From positions 225,310,001 through 225,374,000 of the forward strand of contig NC_086097.1 of assembly GCF_963921235.1 (NCBI RefSeq): a DNA stretch of 64,000 nucleotides, written 5' to 3'. This document shows, piece by piece, positions 24,750 to 37,149 of the stretch; position 1 is the stretch's first letter; every line of letters starts with the position of its first letter. Made by a program: the position numbers and the translations under genes. This DNA comes from Mobula hypostoma. Its lineage: Eukaryota. The notes beneath the pieces are model-generated. The model ran no database searches. It had not been told where the DNA came from and was given only the letters and a program-made list of their open reading frames with translations.

Positions 24750-25971
24750 GTGAACGCAGCAGGCCAAGCAGCATCTGTAGGAAAAGGTGCAGTCGACGTT
24801 TCAGGCCGAGACCCTTCGTCAGGACTAACTGAAGGAAGAGTGAGTAAGGGATTTGAAAGTTGGACGGGGAGGGGGAGATCCAAAATGATAGGAGAAGACA
24901 AGAGGGGGAGGGATAGAGCCAAGAGCTGGACAGGTGATAGGCAAAAAGGGATACGAGAGGATCATGGGACAGTAGGTCTGGGAAGAAAGACAAGGGGGGG
25001 TACCCAGAGGATGGGCAAGAGGTATATTCGGAGGGACAGAGGGAGAAAAAGGAGAGTGAGAGAAAGAATGTGTGCATAAAAATAAGTAACAGATGGGGTA
25101 TGAGGGGGACGTGGGGCCTAGCGGAAGTTAGAGAAGTCAATGTTCATGCTATCAGGTTGGAGGCTACCCAGACGGAATATAAGGTGTTGTTCCTCCAACC
25201 TGAGTGTGGCTTCATCTTTACAGTAGAGGAGGCCGTGGATAGACATGTCAGAATGGGAATGGGATGTGGAATTAAAATGTGTGGCCACTGGGAGATCCTG
25301 CTTTCTCTGGCAGACAGAGCGTAGATGTTCAGCAAAGCGGTCTCCCAGTCTGCGTTGGGTCTCGCCAATATATAAAAGGCCACATCGGGAGCACCGGACG
25401 CAGTATATCACCCCAGTCGACTCACAGGTAAAGTGTTGCCTCACCTGGAAGGACTGTTTGGGGCCCTGAATGGTGGTAAGGGAGGAAGTGTAAGGGCATG
25501 TGTAGCACTTGTTCCGCTTACACGGATAAGTGCCAGGAGGGAGATCAGTGGGGAGGGATGGGGGGGACGAATGGACAAGGGAGTTGTGTAGGGAGCGATC
25601 CCTGCGGAATTCAGAAGGGGGGGGGAGGGAAAGATGTGCTTAGTGGTGGGATCCCGTTGGAGGTGGCAGAAGTTACGGAGAATAATATGTTGGACCCGGA
25701 GGCTGGTGGGGTGGTAGGTGAGGACCAGGGGAACCCTATTCCTAGTGGGGTGGCGGGAGGATGGAGTGAGAGCAGATGTACGTGAAATGGGGGAGATGCG
25801 TTTAAGAGCAGAGTTGATAGTGGAGGAAGGGAAGCCCCTTTCTTTAAAAAAGGAAGACATCTCCCTCGTCCTAGAATGAAAAGCCTCATCCTGAGAGCAG
25901 ACGTGGCGGAGACGGAGGAATTGCGAGAAGGGGATGGCGTTTTTGCAAGAGACAGGGTGAGAAGAGGAATA
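24750..25971 (-). mobile_element. Penelope-like element, left arm (RT thumb, GIY-YIG endonuclease, pLTR)
   Basis: SHPVSCKNAIPFSQFLRLRHVCS...; ORF 25118-25444 GVIYCVRCSRCGLLYIGETQRRLGDRFAEH. Confidence 0.92.
24791..24826 (-). ncRNA. Minimal hammerhead ribozyme motif in PLE pLTR
   Basis: Minus strand reads agtc-CTGACGA-agggtctcggcct-GAAAC-GTC-gact. Confidence 0.75.
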
Positions 25972-26880
25972 ATCGCTCCCTACACAACTCCCTTGTCCAT
26001 TCGTACCCCCCATCCCTCCCCACTGATCTCCCTCCTGGCACTTATCCGTGTAAGCGGAACAAGTGCTACACATGCCCTTACACTTCCTCCCTTACCACCA
26101 TTCAGGGCCCCAAACAGTCCTTCCAGGTGAGGCAACACTTCACCTGTGAGTCGACTGGGGTGATATACTGCATCCGGTGCTCCCGATGTGGCCTTTTATA
26201 TATTGTTGAGACCCGACGCAGACTGGGTGACCGCTTTGCTGAACATCTAAGCTCTGTCCGCCAGAGAAAGCAGGATCTCCCAGTGGCCACACATTTTAAT
26301 TCCACATCCCATTCCCATTCTGACATGTCTATCCACGGCCTCCTCTACTGTAAAGATGAAGCCACACTCAGGTTGGAGGAACAACACTTTATATTCTGTC
26401 TGGGTAGCCTCCAACCTGCTGGCATGAACATCGACTTCTCTAACTTCCGCTAGGACCCACCTCCCCCTCGTACCCCATCTGTTACTTATTTTTATGCACA
26501 CATTTTTTCTCTCACTCTCCTTTTTCTCCCTCTGTCCCTCCGAATATACCTCTTGCCCATCCTCTGGGTCCCCCCCCCCTTGTCTTTCTTCCCAGACCTC
26601 CTGTCCCATGATCCTCTCGTATCCCCTTTTGCCTATCACCTGTCCAGCTCTTGGCTCTATCCCTCCCCCTCTTGTCTTCTCCTATCATTTTGGATCTCCC
26701 CCTCCCCCTCCAATGTTCAAATCCCTTACTCACTCTTCCTTCAGTTAGTCCTGACGAAGGGTCTCAGCCTGAAACGTCGACTGCACCTCTTCCTACAGAT
26801 GCTGCTTGGCCTGCTGCGTTCACCAGCAACTTTGATGTGTGTTGCTTGAATTTCCAGCATCTGCAGAATTCCTGTTGTTT
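25972..26880 (+). mobile_element. Penelope-like element, right arm (GIY-YIG endonuclease, pLTR)
   Basis: ORF 26127-26453 GVIYCIRCSRCGLLYIVETRRRLGDRFAEH; inverted copy of 24750-25599. Confidence 0.92.
26747..26782 (+). ncRNA. Minimal hammerhead ribozyme motif in PLE pLTR
   Basis: agtc-CTGACGA-agggtctcagcct-GAAAC-GTC-gact: stem I agtc/gact, conserved core, GUC cleavage triplet. Confidence 0.75.
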
Positions 26881-29800
26881 TCTGTAATCTAGTGTAGTTT
26901 TTGTGTTGTTTTACGTAGTTCCGTGTAGTTTTTGTATTGTTTCATGCAGCACCATGGTCCTGAAAAACGTCTCTCATTTTTACTGTGAACTGTACCAGCA
27001 GTTATGGTCAAAATAACAATAAAAAGTGACTTGACTTGACAACATCTGGCACACTGTTCGTGTCTTCCACAGTGAAGACTGATGGAAAGTATTCATTTCG
27101 TTCATCTACCATTTCGTTGTTTCCCGTTATTTCTCTGGCCTCATTTTCTAGCAGTCCTATATCCACTCTCATCTCTTATTTTTTTAAACATACTTGAAAA
27201 GCTTTTATTATCCACTTTGATATTGTTTACAAGCTCACTTTCATATTGCATCTTTTCCTTTCTGATGATTTTTAGTTGCTCTCTGTAGGTTTTGAAAAGC
27301 TTCCCAATCCTTTATCTTCCTGCTAATTTTTGTTTTGTTGTATGTCCTCTCTTGTTTTTACATTAGCTTTGACTTCCCTTGTCAGCCACAGTTGTACTAT
27401 TTTACCATTTGAGTATTTCTTAGTTTTTGGAATATATCTGTCCTGCACCTTCCTCATTTTTCCCAGAAACGCACACCATTGCTGCTCTGCTGTCATCCCT
27501 GCCAGCAGCTCCTTCCAATTTACTTTGGCCAACTCCTCTTTTATACCACTGTCATTTCCTTTACTCTACTGAAATACTGCTATGTCAGGCTTCACTTTCT
27601 CCATATCGAATTTCAAGTTGAACTCAATCATATTGTGATCACTGGCTCCTAAGGGCTCTTTTCCCTTAAACTCCATAATTGCTTCTGGTTCATTACATAA
27701 CATCCTATCTAGTATAGCTGATCCCCCAGAAGGCTCAATGACAATCTGCTCTAAGGAGCCATCTCATAGGCATTCAAAAAACTCACTCGCTTAAGATCCA
27801 TTACCAAACCTGATTTTCCCAATCGACCTGCATGTTGAAATCTTCCGTGACTATCATAACATTGTCATTTTGACACACCCTTTATATTTCCTGTTGTAAT
27901 CTGTGGTCCACATCCCAGCTACTGTTGGGAGGCTTGTATAAAACTGCTATCGGGGTCTTTTTACCCTTGCAGTTCCTTAACTGAATCCACAATGATTCAA
28001 CATCTTCTGATCCTATGTCACAACTTTCTACTGATTTGATGTTAATTTTTCCAGATGACCCATGCCACCTTCCTATCCCTCTGATACAACGTGTATCCTT
28101 GGACATTCATCTACCAACTACAACCATCCTTCAGCCATGATTCAGTGATGGCCACAACATCATACCTGAAAATCTGTAATAGTGCAACAAGATCATCCAC
28201 CTTATTTCTTATACTCCACGCAATGAGATATAACACTTTGAGTGCTGTATTTGCTACCCTTTAGATTCTGCATCTCTAATGCACTGATACTCACCCTGCT
28301 GGCTCCAATTTTGTCCTATCATCTGCCTGCCCTTCCTGACAGTCTGACTGCACACTGTCTTTGCCTTTTTACCATCTGTCCTATCCTGAGTCCCTTCATT
28401 CTGGTTCTCCCCCACCTCTCCCCCGCCAAATTAGTGTAAACCCTCCCCAACAGCTCTCACAAACTTGCCCATGAGAATATTTGTCCCCCTCTAGTTCAGA
28501 TGCACCCCGTCCCTTTTGTACAGATTATACCACCCTAGAAGGAATCCTAATGATTCCCATCCCCTGCACCGGCTTCTCAGCCACGTGTTTATCTGCCAAA
28601 TCATCCTGTTTTTACCCTCACTAGCACATTGCACAGGTAGCAATCCAGAAATTACTAACCTAGTTGTCCTGCTTCTCAGCTTTCTGCCGAGCTCTTCAAA
28701 TTCTCTCTTCAGGACCTCACTGCTTTTCTTTCCTATGTCATTGGTACCAAGACATCTGGCTGCTCTCCATCCCTCTCTGAAATGCTGTGGATGTGACTCG
28801 AGATGTCTTAGACCTTGGCACCTGGGAAGCAACATACCATCCAGATGTCCTGTTCACATCCACAGCATCTCCTGTTTGTTCCTCTGTCTATTGAGTCCCC
28901 TATCACTACCGCTCCCCTCTTCTCCCTCTTTACCCTCATGCTCAGTGCCAGTAACCTGGTCTCTGTAGCAATCCCCTGGGAGGCCATCTTATTATTGAGA
29001 GGAATGGCCACAGGAATGCTCTGCACTAACTTCCTATTCACATTTCCATTTCCTCTGACAGTCACCCAGCTACATGCCTCCCACTACTTCAGCACGACTA
29101 CTTCCCTGTAACTTGGATTGATTACCTCCTCACTCTCCTATTCAAGCCGAAGTTCATCCAGCTGCTGCTCCAGATCCCCAACACAGGTCCCTTCAAGGAG
29201 CTACAGCTGGATGCACTTCATGCAGATGTAGTTCACTGGGAGACTCTGGCTCTCCCAGGACTCCAACATCTGGCATGAAGAACACACACCAGCCATTTAC
29301 TACACTAAGTACAGCAAGATAGAGAAAAAAAGGGAATCTTAACAGAAACTTACCCAGAGCCAATGCCTCTTTTGAGCCAAAGCCTGACAATCCTACTCTC
29401 ACCACTAATCTACTCACAAGAATGGCCGCCCCACTTGTCCCTTCTGTACTTTTAATTCATTCCCTGCGCTCTGCTCCCACCGCTGACTGGGTCTCTGGAA
29501 TTTCTGAACGCCCGCGAAGCTACACTAATTGTATATTGGAATGTACTGCTGCCACAAGGCAAGTCATCTCACAACCAGAGATATTAAACTGGGTTCTGAT
29601 TTCAAGATGCTGTAAAAGGCCCAAAATCTGTAGATATGAAAATATGCAAAAAATGCCCCTCCTCTGTCATTTCTGCCATTGTGAAAGGTAGAGATTATGG
29701 ATGATGACTGCTGGTCAATAGATTGGTTGTAGGATTCTGGTAAAGCTGAGAGATTGGGGAGCGAACCACAAGGTTTGAAAACTGAAGAGCAAAAAGCTGA

Positions 29801-30584
29801 AGAAATGAGAAGGAACCAGGGTGATATGCAGAAGAGATGTATCATGGAGAATGTGATGTGGCAGTAGAGGGACGGTGGTTGCAAGGAGATATTCAGGAGT
29901 GGTTAGGGAAGCAAAATTCTTGGTGCTACGTTGTCCAATTTCAGATTTCCACTGTAGGTTCAATCCAAAATTGTTGATTATTTTGTTTTTTTCTTTTCAA
30001 GTTATGAAATTTCTACTTTGTACACCTTGGGTATATAAGCGATTAGTTTGTAGTTCACCTGGAAATTAAAGGAAGCACCATGGTTTGTAGCTGAATCAAG
30101 GTAGGGGATGTTTGGCCTGTTAATTATAATTAAAATCTTAATTTGCCCAATGAGCTTAAAGAGAGTCTGCAATATCAGCCTTTTAGAAAGGTTTTCTGCA
30201 ATGAAATCTTTCTGTCAGTTTGGTGAAAATATGTGTACTTTGGCTATCATAAAGCAAACACTGTCATAGTTATGTCATGACTGGCCAATTTTTTTGTAGT
30301 CAGAAATGGTCTCATAACTAAGGCAGCAAAATGTGTGTTACTGTGACTTTCATTTCCGTCTGTTATAGTCAATGCAAACAATGCATTCAATGTTTAATTC
30401 ACAAAGAAAATAAAAGACTTCTAGGTTTTAAAGTGATATTTTTATGAATTATGTTATTGTGTACTCAAAAGAGCCCTGCATACATTAGGAAATATTTCAG
30501 TATGTTTAATTCTTTAAGGTATACATTAGAATTACAGATGTGATTTAAAATATAATTACTCTTGTGTTTTGAATTCAGAATGCC

Positions 30585-31845
30585 ATAGTTGGGAAGTATT
30601 GTCCTGACAGGCCGCATCACTATGTGCTATGGGAATTGCAAGGCATCTGACCGCAAGACTTTACAAAGAATTGCTGAGGCAATCATCGGGGTCTCTCATT
30701 CACCGATTCGAGATACTTATCTGGAGTGCTGCAGACACAGGCCCATTTGAATTGTCAAAGATCAATCCGTTTGACTGCACCCCCACCGCCCCACCATCAT
30801 GCAGGAGGTACCATAGCATTAAGAAGGGTCTGGTAAGATGGGAAGCAGCTTCTTCTCCCCCAGGCCATGAGACTATTGCCATTGCCCAGGTCTCATCACT
30901 TATGAAGCACCAAAGCGTTACACTGTTTACTTTTTAACTTGCATCATTAATGCACCTTATGTTAAAAGTCAATCTTAACCATATAACCATATAACAATTA
31001 CAGCATGGAAACAGGCCATCTCGGCCCACCTAGTCCGTGCCGAACTCCTACTCTCACCTAGTCCCACTGACCTGCACTCGGTCCATAACCCTCCATTCCT
31101 TTCCTGTCCATATAGTTGTCCAATTTAACTTTAAATGACAACATGGAACCTGCCTCAAACACTTCTGCTGGAAGCTCGTTCCACACAGCCACCACTCTCT
31201 GAGTAAAGAAGTTCCCCCTCATGTTACCCCTAAACTTTTGCCCTTTAACTCTCAACTCATGTCTTCTTGTTTGAATCTCCCCCACTCTCAATGGAAAAAG
31301 CCTATTCACGTCAACTCTATCAATCCCCCTCATAATTTTCAACACCTCTATCAAGTCCCCTCTCAACCTTCTACGCTCCAAAGAATAAAGACCTAACCTC
31401 AACCTTTCTCTGTAACTTAGGAGATGAAACCCAGGCAACATTTTAGTAAACCTCCTCTGTACTCTGTCAATTTTGTTGACATCTTTCCTATAAGTCGGTG
31501 ATCAGAACTGTACACAATACTCCAAATTTGGCCTTACCAATGCCTTGTACAATTTCAACATTACATCCCAACTCCTATACTCAATGCTCTGATTAATAAT
31601 GGCCAGCAAACCAAAAGCTTTCTTCACCACCCTATCCACATGAGATTCCACCTTCAGGGAACTATGCACCATCTTCCAGAATATATTTTATAATTTGCTG
31701 ATTTAATTGAGTTAATATAACTTTATGTGTTGTGTGTGTGTTATACACACGAACTGTGTTGTTCACCTTAGTCCAGAGGAATATTGCTTCGTTTGGCAGT
31801 ATACATCTATGTGCTTGAATGACAATAAACTTGAACTTGAACTAT
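30585..31845 (+). mobile_element. Decayed Rex1-like LINE 3' region interrupted by CR1
   Basis: ccatcatgcaggaggtaccatagc...cagcttcttc motif; (cttgaa)n tail near 31840. Confidence 0.55.
30978..31672 (-). mobile_element. CR1 3' fragment (young subfamily)
   Basis: LYSLERRRLRGDLIEV...FFTQRVVAVWNELP; (atatggtt)n tail; very similar to 45086-45927. Confidence 0.9.
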
Positions 31846-32557
31846 TACATTAGGAAATAATTCTTGCACAGCAGCTCACACTGAATCAAAGCACGCCAGT
31901 GGAATTCAGAATTTGGGATTTGGGTACCATTAACAACAGCTGCATAGACTGTTGTGATGACAAACATTGATGTAAATACAGTATTTATGTAATAGTGTTG
32001 TCAATGTGAAGATCAAGGTACTTTCTTTGAACAATAAAGTCCAGAACAATGCATGAACATAAACTGTGAGATACGGGTGATCAGCAATTCAGGGAAGTCT
32101 GGAATATTTAGCACACAGGAATACTTAGACTTAAGTGTTTAGGGCCAATGCTATATTGTTAGAGCTGTTGAGCTTCTAATTGTGCTTCATTATGCTTGCT
32201 GTTAATGATTTCTTCATTGTTGGTAGTAGAAACACTTGCTCTAACTATTCAATCCTGTCACCTCCTCCTGTCAGAGTGTACAGCTGATGTGGATCTGAAA
32301 TACTGTCTATCAAATCACACTGATGAGTTTAACTTAAAAGAAAGGAGTCCATAGGTTAAAAGTCATCTGCACAAATTAGAAGTGTTATCAATCACTAACC
32401 AATCTTTTGTTCAAGAAAATCCACTGCCTGATTTGTGTTACTTTTACAAATTAAATTGTAATTTATGTTGAATATTATGCCTCGTTATTAAAATAGTAGT
32501 GAAACAGTAATACTAAAATAGCAGGGCATTATCAATTTTGCGTTAAATCACTCATTT

Positions 32558-33480
32558 ATAAGACCATTAGACATAGGAGCAGAATTAGACCATTCAATCA
32601 CAGCTGATACTTTTTCCCCTCCTCAGACCCACTCACCGGCCTTCTCCCCATAACCGTTGATGTCGTGGCCAATCAAGAACCTATCAATCTCCACCTTAAA
32701 TACAGCCAATGACCTGGCCTCCATAGTTGCCCGTGGTAACAGATTCATCACCCTCTGGCTAAAGAAATCTCTCCGCATCTCTGTTTTAAATGGATGCCTC
32801 TCTATCGCGAGACTGTGCTCTCTTATTCTAGGCTCCCCCACTATGGGAAACATTCTTTCTACATCTACTCTGTCTAGACCTTTCAACATTCGAAAGGTTT
32901 CAATGAGATCCCACCTTGTCCTTTAAATTTCAGCAAATACAGGCCCAGAGCCATCAAATATTCTTCACTTGATAACTCTTTTATTCCCAGAATCATTCTT
33001 ATGACTCTCCTCTGAAACATCTCCAATGTCAGCACATCTTTTCTTAGATGAGGTGCTCAAAACTGTTCACAATACTCAACGTAAGGCCTCACCAGTGCCT
33101 TAAAAAATCTCAGCATCACATCTCTGTTCTTGTATTTAGATCTCTTGAAATGAATGCTAACATTGCATTCGCCTTCCTCACCACCGACTCAAGCTGCAAC
33201 TTAATCTTTAGGTGTACTGCACAAGGACTCCCAAGCACCTTTGCATCTCAGATTTTTGGATTTTCCCATTCTCACCACTGGCTCATTCCCACCAATGGCT
33301 GCTCCACTTGTTCCCTCCTTACTTTTAGTTACTCCACTTTGCGCTGCTCTCATTGCTGATTGGGCTACTGGAATGACACTGAATGGCTGCGATTCTCTCC
33401 TTTTAAATGAGTGCCGCCAGCCTGTGAGAAAGCTCCTTGCTGTGTGCTACTCCCACTGCTGATTGGGCTACAGGAATTTG
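32558..33480 (-). mobile_element. CR1 3' end joined to a CR1 5' UTR-like segment
   Basis: LKGLDRVDVERMFPIVGE...; 33265-33480 resembles 29390-29520. Confidence 0.7.
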
Positions 33481-33590
33481 TCAATTATAATTTTGTTTGC
33501 ATTTATTTTTCCCCTTCAAATTCCAATGGTTATGTAGACTCACGTTTATCTTAAGTTCAAAAAATGTCCTTCAGTCTGATGTCCAAATGG

Positions 33591-34104
33591 CACCTCAGCG
33601 GCCACTTTATTAGTCAAATATCTAATTGGCCAATCATGTGGCAGCAACTCAATCTATCAAAGCATGCAGATGTGGTCAAGAGTTTCAGTTGTTGTTCAGA
33701 CCAAAGATGGTATCAGAATGGGAAAGAAATGTGATCTAAATTACTTTGACCATGGAATGATCTGTCGGTGCCAGGGAGGGTGATTTGAGTATCTCAGAAG
33801 CTGCTGAGCTCCTGGGATTTTCATGCACAACATTCTCTGGAGTTTACAGAGAATGGGATGAAAAACAAAAACTTCCAGTGAGTGCCAGCTCTGGGAGCAA
33901 AAACACCTTGTTAATGAGAAAGGTCAGAGACATTCAAGCTGACAAGAAGATGACAGTAGCCAAATAATAATGTGTTACAACAGCAGTGTGCAGAAGAGAA
34001 TCTCTGAATTCATGACGCATTGGTTCTAGAATTTGGATGGGCCACAGCAGCAGATGACCACACTTGGATTCCAGTCCTGTACCTAATGAGGTAGCCACTG
34101 AGCG
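33591..34104 (+). mobile_element. Tc1-like DNA transposon deletion derivative
   Basis: TIRs cacctcagcggccactttattag / cctaatgaggtagccactgagcg; HTH remnant LSISEAAELLGFSCTTFSGVYREW. Confidence 0.8.
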
Positions 34105-34564
34105 TATATGGAAAATATTGTCCCCATCTAAGAAATTACCACAAGTCACTACTTTCTCTTTGGTTCTAACATCGGGATCCATTCCACATTTAGTAGGTTA
34201 GCCATTGGTGGGAAACTCTTCAATTCTCAAGGCACAAAGATCTGGAATCTCTCAAACTTTCTATTTGTTCCCTCCTTAAAAAGTATCTTAAAACTTTTCA
34301 CTTTAACTTGACTTGATATCATCCATACAATCAGTAACTCATTTGAATTTTTTATGATGTTGTTGTGGATGTGGGGTAATAGTCTGAAGATGGTAAACAC
34401 TCCTGAACTTGTGATGTAGCAAACTAAATGTGTTGAACTCTGCTCTTAAAATTGAGTGTGACTGAATTCAATGGGAATTAAGTTCAGAAGCAGATTTGCG
34501 TGTGTGTATACATTTCCACATTGTGCATCTGCTGCATGTTATGGAGGTTAAATTTCTACACCTA

Positions 34565-35322
34565 TAGTTTAGATATGCAGATGACACTGTGTTAATTGCA
34601 AGCATGGAGGAAGAACTACAAAACTTAATTGATATAGTTGTTGAAGAGAATGCAAAAATGCATCTATCTATCAATTGCAAAAAGACAGAATGCATGGTGA
34701 TATCCAAAAAGAAGGAGTATCCTATCTGCAGGCTGAGAATAAGTGGGGAGGACATAAAACAAGTACAGAACTTTTGCTACTTAGGAAGCTGGGTGACATC
34801 AGATGGCAGATGTGATATGGACATGGAAAGAAGAATAGGGATGACAAAAGACACCTTTACGAGAATGAAGAGTATACTGACCAATACTAAACTAGTCATG
34901 ACAACCCACCTGGTTACGCTTATCCAGTTATGCTATATGGCTCAGAATGTTGGACAATATCTAGTAACATGAGGAAATGAATTGAAGCAGTAGAAATGTG
35001 GTTTTTGAGGAGGATGCAAAGAATATGATAACGAAACGAATACTGTATCTAATGAGGATGTCATGAATAGAGCAAGCACAAAAAGAGAAATAATGTATGA
35101 GATCAGGAAAAGGCATCGTAATTTCATTGGGCATGTGATTAGGAAAGAGGAGTTAGAATGCACGGTAATTATGGGAAAGATTGAAGGGAAGAAAGCAAAA
35201 GGAAGACAAAGACAAATGATAATGGAGACAGCAGCCAGAGAACTGGAAATGAATTGATCCACTTGACCCGAAACATGAGTGTGTGGGTCATGGCAGTCAA
35301 AGCTCAAACTGGGCACGGCACC

Positions 35323-35355
<33 letters not shown>
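34565..35355 (+). mobile_element. RTE-clade LINE 3' fragment
   Basis: RYADDTVLIA..EELQNL...INCKKTECM...FCYLGS; GKIEGKKAKGRQR; (gat)n tail. Confidence 0.85.
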
Positions 35356-35356
<1 letters not shown>

Positions 35357-35379
35357 AATTTAGGGTCCTCTAAAAGGAC

Positions 35380-35781
35380 TAGAGCCTTGTTGTGGTTTGG
35401 AGGCTTGTGTGCCTCAATGAACTTGAGAGCTATGTTGGCTGGAGTCGGGGCTTTATGCTTTGGCTCTTGGTAGGGTCCGCCATGCCAAACAGGTCAAAGG
35501 ATAGAGGACAGCCAAATAGTGGTCATCCAGGTTCAAGGGTCCAGCTCAGGGCTGACAATCCTGACTCGTAAAACAAAATTGGTACGGAAATAGCAATGAA
35601 GTATCCTTCTACATTTGAATGCGACAATATTCCTGAATCTCCACCCGGGACATGTATGACAGACAGTAGTGAAAACTGAGAGGAAGCTACTGACATGGTG
35701 AAGGAAGCCCTGAACACCACTAAAGATGGAGGACCTTCATTGCTGTCCTAAACGCCAGCAGTGTAAGGAGAAGTAAGTAAA
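35380..35781 (+). mobile_element. Short RTE-derived non-autonomous retroposon
   Basis: RTE-like 5' UTR motifs (gagctatgttggc...gggctgacaatcctgactcgtaaaac) joined to an RTE-like end gatggaggaccttcattgctgtccta...(agta)n. Confidence 0.5.
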
Positions 35782-37149
35782 TAATTGTTTCTTCAAAGTA
35801 CATCCTGTAGAATACGATAAACTAAATTCATTTAATTGTTTGAGTAACATTTTGCTGATTAGTTAGCTTCTCACTTGTGATTAATGCACCAAGGGATGGC
35901 TTAGGTGTTGAAGCTATTTGTAATTAGTTTGTCTACAGCAAGAACGCAAGATCCAATAAAGTGTAATTTTTATCTGGTGTGCTGAATTCAACAAATTAGT
36001 TGAAATAACTCCCAGAAGAAGATGGTTTTGAAATTAAAAGTTGATTAAAAATTGCTAAATGTCAGGACAAATGATATCATTTTCTAATTTGCTTCCATTG
36101 CCCACTTTTTCAACAAAAAATGTAAATTGTACTAACTGTTACTATGCCAGCATTCTTGGGCTAGGACTTCTAATTTTCATTTTGGAGGGCCTTAATTTTT
36201 TTGAGGAATTCAAGTTTTCTTTTAATCCATTTAATTCAATGCTAGGCTTGAATTAACACAATAAAATAGTTTCAATTTTGGGAATCCCTAAATATTCAAG
36301 AATTAAATCTGTATTTTTTACTGCAAAGAACTATGAAATGAGTTGAGGGAAGGAGAGGGGTACGTGCGTAGGAGGGGAAGGTTTGTGGAACATCAGTGGT
36401 ATTGCTTGCTATTGCTGACCTTCAATTGAACTAGAAAATTATCTGGAAGTGCAGCTTTCAGAAGTTCTAGAAGGAAACTTTGGTGTCAACCTCCTTGGTA
36501 CCTCAAGGGCATTCTGCTACATAATGGTCACGAATATAGGCAACACAATCCTCACTCACAAAAATTGTTGATCAACTCCTTTAGTCAAACCTGCCAGATG
36601 TATCAAGTGCTTTGAATGCTGCGGATTCTTCAGAATGCTTTCAATGCCACCCAATAAAATGGTTCACTAATTCCTTACAGGGGTGATGAATCTTTCACCT
36701 TGCTCAGTCTGGCCAATTATTGTTTCTCACCCCACAACTCTATGTGATGAACTCTTATCAGCCCTCTGAAGTGGACCAGCAAGTCATAACATTGCATCAA
36801 GGCCTTGCGTTGAAAAAGATGAAAGATATGCAGCATTCAAAACTGGTAAAGGCAATTACCACCCAGGAGACATTGCCAAGACCCCTCATAAACAAATGAG
36901 GAGTAGAGCATAAATAAGAGAGCTATGCCACAGACTGCTCAAGTGCCAGACTGATGTAAACATATTTGTAGGATCATATCTAACACGGAGTATTTTACAT
37001 TTGTATAGCATAATCTCTAATACTTACAGTTCTCTCAGGCCCATCCATCCAATAGTGCATTACATTGGGACATGAGAGGGAGAAGGAATAGCAGTAGGTG
37101 TCGTCATTTTAATTACCACCCACTATCTTCCTTCCCCGGAGGAATCAAT

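Larger units (their letters stand above)
23869..27040 (+). mobile_element. Rex1/Babar LINE nested in CR1, itself interrupted by the Penelope insertion
   Basis: LTHDC...IIKFTDDTTVVGLISKNDESAYREEV; 3' UTR resumes at 26881 and ends in (gactt)n. Confidence 0.88.
22235..29520 (-). mobile_element. Near full-length decayed CR1 LINE (5' UTR, ORF1 esterase, ORF2 APE-RT), interrupted at 23869-27040
   Basis: ORF1 SGNH-type VVIGDSI...VCCFPGAKV and GTNDIG...DGVHLN; endonuclease VESLWIQLRN..YKPPNS; RT QHGFLKGKSC..QKAFDK; (cttatggt)n tail at 22235. Confidence 0.85.

Noticed and set aside
35279..35473. ORF with a poly-Asp run
   Set aside because: Translation of the (gat)n RTE tail
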